From Acidobacteriota bacterium (lineage in GTDB: Bacteria > Acidobacteriota > UBA4820 > DSQY01), in NCBI GenBank assembly GCA_049967655.1, contig JBMFSH010000002.1:112718-176717 (forward strand): a stretch of 64,000 nt of DNA, written 5' to 3'. This document shows, in pieces, positions 9,462 to 18,962 of the stretch. Made by a program: the position numbers and the translations under genes. The notes below the pieces were generated by a model. The model worked only from the letters and a program-made list of their open reading frames with translations. It made no database searches and was not told where the DNA came from. The stretch's first letter is position 1. Every line of letters begins with the position of its first letter.

Positions 9462-10814
9462 ATGAGATCGAGCACCGTCCCGAACGGACCAACGGCCGGG
9501 GAAGGCCGGGCCTTTCCCCTCCTCCTCGTAGCTCTGGCTCTTTTCTCGACCTGCGCCGCCGTTGCGGCCCAGACCCCTCCGCCCGCTCCTCCCGAGAAGC
9601 AGATCACGGGGGTCATCACATCGAGCGGCTTCACCCAGCTCTCCATCGCCATTCCGCCGAGCAAGACGGAGGCCACGACGGCCGTCCAGGCCCAGGAGAT
9701 CCTCTCCACGGTGACGGGCGATCTCGAGTTCTCGGGCTACTTCCAGCTCGTGGACCCCTCCCTTTTCGCCGGGATGAATCCGAACGACACCAAGGTCGAC
9801 TACGATGCATGGACGGGGATGAAGGCGGACTATCTCCTCCTCACCAACGTCTACGCCTCCGGGAACCAGCTCACCCTCGAAGGCCGGCTCTATGACATCA
9901 AGCGGAAGGAGATGGTGACGGGCAAGCGCATCAAGGGGCCCGCCCAGGACGTGCGGGTCCTGGCCCACAACCTCTCCTCCGTGATCCTCGACTACCTCTT
10001 CGGCGCTGGGAGCTTCCCCACCAGCCAGATCCTCTTCACGTCGCACCTGGCCACCACCGAGGACATCTTTCTCTGCGACTACGACGGGAAGAACATCCTC
10101 CGCCTCACGGCCATGGGCCAGCTCAACGTGACCCCCGACGTGAACCCCCAGGGCAACCTCATCGTCTTCACCTCCATCCTGAAAGACAGGCAGGAGATCT
10201 TCCTGCTGGACCGCCAGGGGCATCGGAGGAAGCTCTACGGCGACGGCGAGGGACTCAACTCCAACCCGCGGTTCTCCCACGACGGCAAGACCGTGGCCTT
10301 CTGCTCTTCCCGGTCAGGAAACCCCGACATCTGGACCATCGGCGTGGACGGCAAGAATTTGACCCGGCTCACCTTCTCCTACGCCATCGACACCGCGCCC
10401 TGCTGGTCGCCCGATGACCAGCACATCGCCTTTACCTCCGATCGCTCCGGCTCTCCCCAGATCTATATCATGGACAGGGACGGCGCCAACGTGCGGCGGT
10501 TGAGTCCACCGGGCAGCGGGCGTTGCGATCAGCCCATCTGGTCTCCCCGCGGCGACAAGATCGCCTACAGTTGCTTCAAGGACGGCCACTTCAACATCGC
10601 CGTGGCGGACCTGACCACCGGCGAGGTCACCTTTCTCACCCACGGGGAGGGAGACAACGAGGCGCCCTCCTGGTCGCCCGACGGGCGGTACCTGGCCTTC
10701 GCCAGCAACCGCTCCGGAAGCTATCAGATCTACATCATGCGTTGGGACGGGTCGGGAGTGACCCGAATCACAAACCAGCCGGACTGCTATTCGCCCTGCT
10801 GGTTCAAGGGCTAA
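9462..10814 (+). CDS. tolB: Tol-Pal beta-propeller protein TolB
   Basis: Signal peptide, TolB_N (DLEFSGYF, RLYD) and PD40 repeats (WSPD, FTSDRSGSPQIY, PSWSPDG). Confidence 0.88.
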   Translation: MRSSTVPNGPTAGEGRAFPLLLVALALFSTCAAVAAQTPPPAPPEKQITGVITSSGFTQLSIAIPPSKTEATTAVQAQEILSTVTGDLEFSGYFQLVDPSLFAGMNPNDTKVDYDAWTGMKADYLLLTNVYASGNQLTLEGRLYDIKRKEMVTGKRIKGPAQDVRVLAHNLSSVILDYLFGAGSFPTSQILFTSHLATTEDIFLCDYDGKNILRLTAMGQLNVTPDVNPQGNLIVFTSILKDRQEIFLLDRQGHRRKLYGDGEGLNSNPRFSHDGKTVAFCSSRSGNPDIWTIGVDGKNLTRLTFSYAIDTAPCWSPDDQHIAFTSDRSGSPQIYIMDRDGANVRRLSPPGSGRCDQPIWSPRGDKIAYSCFKDGHFNIAVADLTTGEVTFLTHGEGDNEAPSWSPDGRYLAFASNRSGSYQIYIMRWDGSGVTRITNQPDCYSPCWFKG

Positions 10815-10963
10815 AAAGGACCTGCGGGGGAGGGAATCATGCGCTCGCTGGGGAATCGGCGGATCGGGGCTGACAGGACAGTCCGCGGCCTTTCGGTTGA
10901 GCTGGCTGCGACGGTTCGGGTTCCCGGGCGAACCGGCCCTTCGGCCCTCCGGCCGGTACTGCG

Positions 10964-12652
10964 GTGATTACCAGCCTACGCCTGAAGGACTACGCCCTGG
11001 TAGAGGAGCTCGTGTTGGAGCCGGGGGGCGAGCTGTGCCTTCTCACCGGTGAGACGGGCGCGGGGAAATCCATCCTGGTGGATGCCGTGGGACTGCTCGC
11101 TGGCAACCGCGCCGAGACCGAGATGGTGAGAACCGGAGCCGAGGAGGCCGTGATCGAAGGCTCCTTCCGGCCCTCGCTGAAGGCCGCCGAGGTGGCCGCG
11201 CTCCTGCGGGGCTGGGATCTGGCCTTCGAGGGCGAGCTGGTGATCCGGCGCCGGATTCAACGCTCGGGAAGAAACACCGTGACCCTCAACGGCGCCGCCA
11301 TCACGCTGGCGCAGCTCCGCGAACTGGGCGCCCTCCTCGTGGAGATCCACGGGCAGAACCAGAGCCAGACGCTCCTCGACGAGGAGACTCACCGCCGCAT
11401 CCTCGACGCGTTGCCCTCGGTCTCCCCGGCGGCCGACGCGCTTCGCGCCGCGTCCACGGATCTCTCCCAGGCCCTGTCCCGGTGGCGGACGCTCAGCCGC
11501 AGCGAGGCGGAGAGGGCCCAGCGGCTGGACCTCCTCCGCTTTCAGATGGAGGAGATCGACCGGGTGGCCCCGAGGGCGGGCGAAGAGGAGGAGCTGCTGG
11601 CCTCCAAGAGTCGGCTGCAGAACGTGGAGCGCATCGCCGAGGCGGTCGGCTCGCTTCACCAGCTCCTCGCCGAGGGCGACCCCTGTGTGCGGGTGCTGCT
11701 GTCGGAGGCGACCCGATGGATCGAGGCACTGAAGGAGGTGGATCCGGATTGGGGGGGCTACCTCGCCGACCTCCGCCAGGCCTCCGGCGTGCTCTCCAGC
11801 ATCGCCTCGGAGGCGGAGCGGACCGCCTCTACCATCTCGTTTGATCCCGAAGCCCTGGAGAGAACCCTTCAGCGCCTCGCCGACCTGGACCGCCTCAAAC
11901 GCAAGTACGGCCCGACCCTCGATGACCTCCTCGCTCACCGGGCGAGCATAGGAGAAGAGGCGGCCCAGCTCTCCGGCGGCGAAGCCACCGCCGACGGGGC
12001 TCGCGAGCGAATCGAGGCCTCCTTCGCGGAGTACATGAGGCGCGCCCTGGAGCTCAGCTCCGCCCGCAAAGTCGCCGCCCTCGAGTTCGGCGGCGCCGTC
12101 GAAGCGGAGCTCAAGCCCCTGGCCATGGAGCGGGCTCGCTTCCTGGTTGAACTGGTCCCGCGTCCCGTGGGCCGAGCGGAGGAGGCTACGGAGGCAGGCC
12201 TGGAAGAGGTCCGGTTCCTCTTTTCGAGCAACCCCGGCGTGCCCCCCAAGCCTCTGGCCAAGATCGCTTCGGGCGGAGAGCTGAGCCGGACGCTCCTCGC
12301 CCTCCTCACGGCTACGAGGCAATGGATGGGTACCGACACGATCATCTTCGACGAGGTGGACGCGGGCATCGGAGGGCGGCCCGCCGAACGGGTAGGCAGG
12401 CGGCTTCGCAGGCTGGCCGAGCACCACCAGGTGCTCTGCATCACCCACCTGCCGCAGATTGCCGCGTTCGCCCACCAGCACATCATCATCGAGAAGGTTC
12501 AAACATCCAGGCGCACTTGTGTCACCGCCAGGACCCTCGGACCCGAAGATCGAGAGAGGGAACTGGCCCGGATGCTCGCCGGGGAGAGGATCCAGGAGAC
12601 CGCCCTGCGCCACGCCAGAACCCTGCTCGCCTCGGCCTCCGCTGCGGAGTAG
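10964..12652 (+). CDS. recN: DNA repair protein RecN
   Basis: LTGETGAGKSI, EIHGQ, KIASGGELSR, IFDEVDAGIGG and CITHLPQIA motifs. Confidence 0.97.
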   Translation: MITSLRLKDYALVEELVLEPGGELCLLTGETGAGKSILVDAVGLLAGNRAETEMVRTGAEEAVIEGSFRPSLKAAEVAALLRGWDLAFEGELVIRRRIQRSGRNTVTLNGAAITLAQLRELGALLVEIHGQNQSQTLLDEETHRRILDALPSVSPAADALRAASTDLSQALSRWRTLSRSEAERAQRLDLLRFQMEEIDRVAPRAGEEEELLASKSRLQNVERIAEAVGSLHQLLAEGDPCVRVLLSEATRWIEALKEVDPDWGGYLADLRQASGVLSSIASEAERTASTISFDPEALERTLQRLADLDRLKRKYGPTLDDLLAHRASIGEEAAQLSGGEATADGARERIEASFAEYMRRALELSSARKVAALEFGGAVEAELKPLAMERARFLVELVPRPVGRAEEATEAGLEEVRFLFSSNPGVPPKPLAKIASGGELSRTLLALLTATRQWMGTDTIIFDEVDAGIGGRPAERVGRRLRRLAEHHQVLCITHLPQIAAFAHQHIIIEKVQTSRRTCVTARTLGPEDRERELARMLAGERIQETALRHARTLLASASAAE

Positions 12653-12704
12653 ACCGCGGCGCATTCCAGGAGACAGGGAACGTGAGGGCCATCACAAAAG
12701 CCCC

Positions 12705-12757
12705 TTCCAGCAAGCTTCCAGGCTTGCATCGCTGGAAACGCCGCAATACACTGTATT
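12705..12757. promoter_or_regulatory. Hairpin plus AT-rich palindrome upstream of the large secreted protein gene
   Basis: TTCCAGC (12705-11)...GCTGGAA (12731-37) stem, and AATACA-C-TGTATT (12745-57) in an AT-rich patch. Confidence 0.35.
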
Positions 12758-12922
12758 TGAATGTCATTTTTCCGCCACGAGAGGAGTCTGCTCGCAATTC
12801 CCCGGGAGGCGGCATGAGGAAGGCCCATGGATCAAAGACCATCCCCATCAACCCGTGACCCGGCCTTGCACCGTGAGCGGAGACCCGGACCGATAAAACG
12901 CAAGCCGGGCTCGGAGGAAATC

Positions 12923-15900
12923 ATGGAACAGATCAAAGGACGAGCGGGCACGGAGTTTCGGTGTCTGCTGCTGGCGTTGGCTTGCCTTCCCCTTCTGCAC
13001 GCCATTCCCGCGCGCGCCTCGGGGTCAACGCCCCTTTCCGCCCAGGCGGGCCCGCGGCTGGAGAAGGCCTTTGGAGCTATCCCGCTGCATTTCGAGCCCA
13101 ACCGGGGGCAGAGCGATCCTCGGGTCGAGTATCTCGCCCGCGGGCGCGGCTTCGGCCTCTACCTCACCAGGAGGGGGGCGACCCTCGTCCTGAGCGCGCC
13201 GACAGGCGAGTCGGCGCGGGGCTCCCGGCGGCCTCCCCGGGATACCCGCCCGCATGTCCGCTCCACGATCCGCATCTCTCTGGAGGGCGGCAATGCGGCT
13301 CCCGCGCTGGTGGGCCTCGACCGCCTCGCCGGCACCTCCAGCTACTTCCTGGGGAACGACCCCTCGCGGTGGATTAGGGCCATCCCCACCTTCGGGCGCG
13401 TCGCCTGCAAGCAGGTCTACCCGGGCGTGGACGTGGTTTACTACGGGGCCGGAAGGGCCCTGGAATACGATTTCCAGCTTGCCGCGGGGACGAATCCCCG
13501 AACGATCAGGCTCCGGTACGACGACGGGGCGGGGAACCCCGTCCCCTTGCGGGTCAGCCCCAGCGGTGATCTCCTCCTCTCGACTCCCTTCGGTCGGCTC
13601 GTCCAGCACGCCCCCGCCGTCTTCCAAATGCGGAACGGGGAGAAGAACATGCTCTCCGGCCACTACGAGATCCTGGGACCGGGGCGCGTGGGACTGGTCG
13701 TGGCCAGTTACGACGCCTCTCGCCCGCTGACCATTGATCCAATTCTTAGCTACTCCACCTACCTGGGCGGCAGCGGCCAGGATCAGGCGGCGGGCATTGC
13801 GGTGGATTCCAACGGGAACGCCTACGTGACCGGCTCCACGCAGTCCACCGATTTCCCCCAGGCCAGCGATGCGCCGAGCGGAGGATGGGACGCCTTCGTG
13901 ACCAAGTTCTCTCCGGACGGCAAGAGCCTCCTCTACTCCATCTACTTCGGGGGGAAGGGGGATGACCTGGCCCACGCCATCGCCGTGGACTCCTCAGGTG
14001 ACGTGACCATCGCCGGCCAGACCACCTCCTACGACCTGCCCGTCCTCAAAGCGTTCCAGCCCACCCACGCGGGGACCGCGAGCTCTGCTAACGAGGATGC
14101 CTTCATCGCCGAGTTCGGCCCCTCCGGCACGGCGCTTCTCTATTCTTCTTACCTGGGCGGCTTCGGGGATGACGTGGCCACGGCCGTAGCCCTCGATGCC
14201 GCAGGCGATGCTTTCGTGACGGGGTACACCTATTCACCCGATTTCCCCGCCTCTTCGAACGCCGACCAGCCGGCCTACGGTGGCGCCGGCGACGGGTTCC
14301 TTTCCGAGGTGGCAGCGGGCGGGAACAAGCTCCTCTACTCCAGCTTCCTGGGGGGCGAAGCCTACGACGAGGGGCGGGGCATCGCGGTGAGCACCGACGG
14401 CCACGTGTTCGTCACGGGCGACACCTCGTCGGTCGCCTTCCCCATTCTCAACGCCTATCAGGCCCAGCTCGCTGGAGCCAGCGACGCCTTCGTCAGCGCC
14501 TTCGATTTCAGCGGTGCCACCGGCACCAGCCCCGGTCAGGTGATCTACTCCACCTACTTGGGGGGCGCCGGCAGCGACGCCGGCCTGGCCGTCGCCGCCG
14601 ACGCGAGCGGGGACGCTTACGTAACGGGCTACACCTATTCGACTCACTTTCCAACCAGCCCCGGCGCCTACCAGAGGGCCCTCACCGCCGGCCAATCGGC
14701 CGACGCCTTCGTAACGGAGTTTTCGCCGACGGGCGGCTCCCTGGTCTACTCCACCTACCTCGGGGGTTCGGCCTTTGATGCCGCCTACGCCATTGCCTTG
14801 GCCAGCGACGGAAGCGCCTGCGTGGCCGGGGATACCTATTCCACCGACTTCCCGGTGGCATTCCCCGTCCAGGCGGCCAACGCCAGCGCCTCCGCCGGCA
14901 ACAGCGACACCTTCGTGAGCAAGTTGTCGCCTTCTGGCTCGGCCCTCTCCTTCTCGACCTATCTAGGCGGAAGCGACACGGACCAGGGCCGCGCCATCGC
15001 CCTGGATTCCTCCAACAACATTTACGTGGCAGGGACCACCTACTCCAGCAACTTCCCGATGCAGAACGCCTTTCAGAGCGTCTCCCACGGAGCGGGGGAC
15101 GCCTTCGTTTCCAAGATCCTTCTGGCCGGCTGTACCCTCACCTGCACCGCCGTGGCCTCACCCGGCACCGGTGCTGCCCCTCTCCCCGTCACCTTTTCGG
15201 CTACCGCTACCCCGAGTAGCTGCGGAAGCGGCACCGTGGCCTACGACTGGAATTTCGGCGACGGCACACCCCACGCAAGCGCGCCGAATACCAGCCACAC
15301 CTACCTCCAGCCGGGGAGCTATACCTGGACGCTGACCGTGAGCCTCGACGGCACCACTTGCACCCAGAGCGGCTCCATCGTGGTCACCCCCGGCTGCACC
15401 GTGAGCTGCTCGGCCAACGCCACCCCCACGGCGGGTCCGGCGCCGCTGGCCGTGGCTCTCACCGCTTCCGCCTCCTCCTCGGACTGCGGAGGGGCCGCCA
15501 CCTACCTCTGGAACTTCGGTGACGGCTCGGCCGCTTCCACGGCGCAGAACCCGAGCCACACCTACCTTCAGCCGGGCACCTACACCTGGGCCGTGACGGC
15601 CACCATCGCCGGCAGCACCTGCACCCAGAGCGGCTCGGTGACGGCGCTGGCGACCCCGGGAAGCCTTTCGGGCATGGTGGCCATCTCCGCGGGAGACCAG
15701 TTCTTCTCCCTCGACGGGCCCGGCATCGTCTCGGGCACGGTCACGGCGGTGGACTCCGCGGGCAACGCGACGACGGCGCCTCTGTCGGGAGGCCACTTCT
15801 CCTTCTCGGGGCTCGCCCAGGGGAGCTACCAGCTCACCGCCACGGTGACCTACACGGACAACGTCCTCTACGACGCCGATCTGCTGAGCTACGGTTGTAC

Positions 15901-18643
15901 GGCGCCTTCGGGCATGCAGATTCAGAAGACGGCCATCTCTGCGCCGGTCGCCGTGGACACCTCCAATACCGCCTACGTGGTGGTCTCCTTCCCGCCGCCG
16001 CTGGTCATGATTCACGGCATGTTCGACTGCTACCAGAAGTGGTACGACCCCAACGCCTCGGACTCCAACGCCGCCCTTTACTGGGACAACGACGCGAGGG
16101 CCCACGGCCTCATCAGCTTCACGCCGAACTACGCCTGGTGGGGAGGGATCTCGAGCTGGCCCACCATGGCCGACGAGGTGGCCCAGCAGATCGGGCAGGA
16201 CCTCTCGGGACTGAGCTCCAGCGGCGCGGGAACGGGCTCCGCAGTCCCGCCCATCCCCACCGTCTGGATCGCCCACGACATGGGGGGCCTCGTGGCACGG
16301 GTGCTGGCCTCGGGGGACCACCGGAACGACGTGCTGGTGCAAAACGTCTGGAAGATTTACCTGCTCGGCGTGCCCAACAGCGGCACGAACCTCCAGCTGG
16401 CGGGGAGCGACAACGGCACCCTGAGCACCGACACCATCCTGCGGCGCTTCAACGCCGTCTATCCCGACTTCGGGAGCCTTCAGGGCCGGGTCTACGCCAT
16501 CGCCGGGGACAGCGGCCTGTGGGGGCTCCAGAACGATGACGGGCTGGTCTCTCTGGCCTCGGCCTTCACCATCTCGCGGGAGCTGTGCACCACGACCTTC
16601 GGCTACCCCGTCTGCCAGCAGTACCCCGCCGTCAGCTTCGCCGCCGGGACCGGCCACATCTTCGGTTACAGCCACGCCGATCTGGGCGGCCCCGCCTCGG
16701 CGAAGGCCATCCTGGAGGGGGTCATCCTGCCCGGCGTCGCGGCGCTGGCCAAGAGCGGGCCGCTTCCGGAACACGTGCCGGAGAGTCCCGCGGGCACTAC
16801 GGTCTGGGGCACCACCAGCCGCACGTCGGGAACCAAGAGAGGGCGCATCAAGGCCACCCTCAGCCGCTCGGAGGCGGGCCAGTCCTTCTCCTACCCGTTT
16901 ACCATCGGAGAGACCGACGGCATGGCCCTGCTGGCCACGGTCACCGACGGCTCCGCCGCTTTCCAACTGCTCGACCCCACGGGCCAGGTGGCGCAGAGCA
17001 GCCCCTCGGTGGACGGCCTCTTCTCCTTCTCCACCCTCAACCCGGCCCCGGGCGCCTGGACGCTCGTCGTAACCCCCGGCGGCTCGGGGGTCTCCTTCAC
17101 CGCCACGGCGCAGGAGGACAGCCCCTTCGGCATCCGCGGGAGCCTGGATGAGAGTGCCTATCTCCCCAACTCCACGGCGGTCCTGAGGGTGGACCTCGAG
17201 GGCAGCCTCAAGGTGGTGCCCGCCTCGGTGACGGCCAGCATCTACGACGGCTACGACAACCTGATCGAGACCGTTCCTCTTTATGACGACGGCCAGCACG
17301 ACGACGGCGCTCCGGGCGACGGCGCCTACGGTGCCCTCCTCGCCGCCTTCACGTCGCCCGGCTCTTACCCCGTCGTCTTCACCGCCACCGGCTCCTACCA
17401 GGGCGAGGCCTTCTCCCGTCTCGCCTTCGCCACCCTGACGGTGGTGCCCTCCACCCACCTGCTGACGGGCGCCTTCGCCCTTTCGCCCGTGAGCCAGAGC
17501 GGCGGGGGCCCCACGGACGCCATCCAGATGACCGCCGGCGTCAACCTGCCGGCGGCGGGGAGCTACGCCCTCTCGGCGGACCTGCTGGATGCGGGGGGCC
17601 TCTTCGTGGCCCACGCCTCCACGGCGCTCACGGCCACGGCGGCGGGCCTCACAACCGCGACCCTGGTCTTCCCGCTGGACGGCGCCACGTGCAGCCAGCT
17701 CGATGCCCCGCTGACGGTGGCCGGCCTTCAGGTCCTGGATGGAACCACCCTGACGCCCGAGGACGTCTGGGGTTCTCCCATCTACACCCCTGCCTACCCC
17801 TCCGGCACCTTCTCCTGCCAGAGCGGTACCCCCGAGCCCACGCCCACGGCTCTCCAGCCCTCCCAGGCCGTGACGGGCACCTCCATCAGCCTGCTGGTGG
17901 CGGGCACCGGCTTCCAGGGCGGCGCCACGCTCACCTTCGATTCGGGCATTCAGGTCAACAAGGTCATCGAGCTCTCGCAGAACCTCCTTTCGGCCTCCGT
18001 CACCGTCCTTTCGAACGCGGCTGCGGGCGGCCACACGCTGACCGTCACCAACCCCAACGGCACTTCGGGGAACCTGGTCTCGGCCCTGACGGTCACGCCG
18101 AACCAGCCGCCCGCCGTCACCCTCTTGACCCCCGCCAGCGGAACGAGCTACTTCAGCTCCTCCCCCACCCAGGTGAGCGTCTCGGCCTCCGCGAGCGACG
18201 ACATCGGAGTCACCCAGGTGGTCTTCCTGCTGGACGGAGCGCCCGAGGCCAGCGTGAGCCAGTTCCCGTTCATCTGGAGCTTTCCCTCCTCCGTTCTGAC
18301 CCACGGCGCCCATACCCTGACGGCCGTGGCCTACGACACCAGCGGCCTGACCGCCCAGGCCTCCGTGACCATCTACAAGGACCCGCCCACCGTCACGGCC
18401 ATCAGCAAGCTGATCAACCCCTTCCGCCTGAAGGTCACGGGGACCAACTTCCTCCCGGGCCTCTCGGTCACCATCGGGAGTGACACAACCCCCTGGCCCG
18501 GCGTGACCGTCAAATCGGACACCAAGCTGATCCTCAAGAAGGGGGCCCGCCTCAAGGCGCTCTTCCCGAAGGGGCAGGCCGTGTCCATCCGCATCGCCTA
18601 CCCCGATGGCACGCAAGGAACGGCCAGCTACACCAGGCCCTGA
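12923..18643 (+). CDS. Large secreted protein (1906 aa): SBBP beta-propeller repeats, 2 PKD domains, alpha/beta-hydrolase domain, Ig-like domains
   Basis: GGAGG RBS before ATG 12923 and a signal peptide ending IPARA. FEPNRGQ and YPGVDVVY N-terminal domain, repeated YSTYLGG/DAFV units, two WNFGDG PKD domains, MIHG...AHDMGGLVAR...LLGVPNSG...NDDGLV...SH hydrolase, LYDDGQHDDGAPGDG motif and Ig-like tail. Confidence 0.92.
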   Translation: MEQIKGRAGTEFRCLLLALACLPLLHAIPARASGSTPLSAQAGPRLEKAFGAIPLHFEPNRGQSDPRVEYLARGRGFGLYLTRRGATLVLSAPTGESARGSRRPPRDTRPHVRSTIRISLEGGNAAPALVGLDRLAGTSSYFLGNDPSRWIRAIPTFGRVACKQVYPGVDVVYYGAGRALEYDFQLAAGTNPRTIRLRYDDGAGNPVPLRVSPSGDLLLSTPFGRLVQHAPAVFQMRNGEKNMLSGHYEILGPGRVGLVVASYDASRPLTIDPILSYSTYLGGSGQDQAAGIAVDSNGNAYVTGSTQSTDFPQASDAPSGGWDAFVTKFSPDGKSLLYSIYFGGKGDDLAHAIAVDSSGDVTIAGQTTSYDLPVLKAFQPTHAGTASSANEDAFIAEFGPSGTALLYSSYLGGFGDDVATAVALDAAGDAFVTGYTYSPDFPASSNADQPAYGGAGDGFLSEVAAGGNKLLYSSFLGGEAYDEGRGIAVSTDGHVFVTGDTSSVAFPILNAYQAQLAGASDAFVSAFDFSGATGTSPGQVIYSTYLGGAGSDAGLAVAADASGDAYVTGYTYSTHFPTSPGAYQRALTAGQSADAFVTEFSPTGGSLVYSTYLGGSAFDAAYAIALASDGSACVAGDTYSTDFPVAFPVQAANASASAGNSDTFVSKLSPSGSALSFSTYLGGSDTDQGRAIALDSSNNIYVAGTTYSSNFPMQNAFQSVSHGAGDAFVSKILLAGCTLTCTAVASPGTGAAPLPVTFSATATPSSCGSGTVAYDWNFGDGTPHASAPNTSHTYLQPGSYTWTLTVSLDGTTCTQSGSIVVTPGCTVSCSANATPTAGPAPLAVALTASASSSDCGGAATYLWNFGDGSAASTAQNPSHTYLQPGTYTWAVTATIAGSTCTQSGSVTALATPGSLSGMVAISAGDQFFSLDGPGIVSGTVTAVDSAGNATTAPLSGGHFSFSGLAQGSYQLTATVTYTDNVLYDADLLSYGCTAPSGMQIQKTAISAPVAVDTSNTAYVVVSFPPPLVMIHGMFDCYQKWYDPNASDSNAALYWDNDARAHGLISFTPNYAWWGGISSWPTMADEVAQQIGQDLSGLSSSGAGTGSAVPPIPTVWIAHDMGGLVARVLASGDHRNDVLVQNVWKIYLLGVPNSGTNLQLAGSDNGTLSTDTILRRFNAVYPDFGSLQGRVYAIAGDSGLWGLQNDDGLVSLASAFTISRELCTTTFGYPVCQQYPAVSFAAGTGHIFGYSHADLGGPASAKAILEGVILPGVAALAKSGPLPEHVPESPAGTTVWGTTSRTSGTKRGRIKATLSRSEAGQSFSYPFTIGETDGMALLATVTDGSAAFQLLDPTGQVAQSSPSVDGLFSFSTLNPAPGAWTLVVTPGGSGVSFTATAQEDSPFGIRGSLDESAYLPNSTAVLRVDLEGSLKVVPASVTASIYDGYDNLIETVPLYDDGQHDDGAPGDGAYGALLAAFTSPGSYPVVFTATGSYQGEAFSRLAFATLTVVPSTHLLTGAFALSPVSQSGGGPTDAIQMTAGVNLPAAGSYALSADLLDAGGLFVAHASTALTATAAGLTTATLVFPLDGATCSQLDAPLTVAGLQVLDGTTLTPEDVWGSPIYTPAYPSGTFSCQSGTPEPTPTALQPSQAVTGTSISLLVAGTGFQGGATLTFDSGIQVNKVIELSQNLLSASVTVLSNAAAGGHTLTVTNPNGTSGNLVSALTVTPNQPPAVTLLTPASGTSYFSSSPTQVSVSASASDDIGVTQVVFLLDGAPEASVSQFPFIWSFPSSVLTHGAHTLTAVAYDTSGLTAQASVTIYKDPPTVTAISKLINPFRLKVTGTNFLPGLSVTIGSDTTPWPGVTVKSDTKLILKKGARLKALFPKGQAVSIRIAYPDGTQGTASYTRP
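13750..15120 (+). repeat. Intragenic SBBP (beta-propeller) repeats, about 7 units
   Basis: Recurrent YSTYLGGxGxD..A.AVD..G.AYVTG.T.S.DFP....DAFV units. Boundaries approximate. Confidence 0.8.
15131..15660 (+). repeat. Tandem PKD-domain duplication
   Basis: Two copies of C..C.A.A.P..G.APL.V...WNFGDG...SHTYLQPG.YTW....G.TCTQSGS. The DNA segments agccacacctacct and tgcacccagagcggctc occur in both. Boundaries approximate. Confidence 0.85.
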
Positions 18644-18668
18644 GTCTTCGTAATCTCACCGATGCAGA

Positions 18669-18698
18669 GGGGCGGCCTCCAGGCCGCCCCCCTTCTTC
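18669..18698 (+). terminator. Probable intrinsic terminator after the large secreted protein gene
   Basis: GGGGCGGCC-TCCA-GGCCGCCCC hairpin followed by ccttcttc. Confidence 0.6.
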
Positions 18699-18712
18699 AT
18701 CCCCCCGAAGGT

Positions 18713-18864
18713 GTCACCCTGAGATCACCCCCCAGAGGGCTCCCCGGAAAGGGCCTCAGGCGTGGAACCCGCAGAAACCGCCGTGAAGGCTCCGCTGGCG
18801 TTTTGCCTAGACCAGCGCCTGAGGTCCTTCAGGGGCACTGCTTCGAAGGGGCCTTCAGGATGAC
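18713..18864. repeat. ~150-nt rod-like imperfect palindrome (REP/MITE-like element or structured RNA)
   Basis: Nested inverted repeats: GTCACCCTGA/TCAGGATGAC, AAGGGCCTCAGGCG/CGCCTGAGGTCCTT and GCAGAAACCGCC/GGCGTTTTGC. Confidence 0.6.
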
Positions 18865-18900
18865 GGGAAAGCGGACGGGCGGATCGGGAGCGGATCTCCC

Positions 18901-18936
18901 TTGACAAGACGTGGGGGGGGGGGGGGGTGGTAGCCT
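18901..18936 (+). promoter_or_regulatory. Sigma70-type promoter with a G15 tract in the spacer
   Basis: Perfect TTGACA at 18901-06, G15 at 18913-27, extended -10 TG-G-TAGCCT at 18928-36. Spacer is 24 nt. Confidence 0.65.
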
Positions 18937-18962
18937 GGAGCCGTCTTGAAAGGAGGTGTTCG

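Noticed and set aside
9462..10960. tolB without adjacent tolQRA or pal
   Set aside because: Split tol-pal loci are common and cannot be judged from one window.
13750..15660. Periodic repeats as a possible CRISPR array
   Set aside because: They are in-frame, degenerate protein-domain repeats (SBBP, PKD). No cas genes are present.
15158..18616. 1152-aa minus-strand ORF, and similar long antisense ORFs such as 10976-12664, 29873-31999, 27158-28972 and 35049-36950
   Set aside because: Shadow frames of real high-GC genes: Gly/Arg/Ala-rich, no motifs, and fully overlapping well-supported CDSs.
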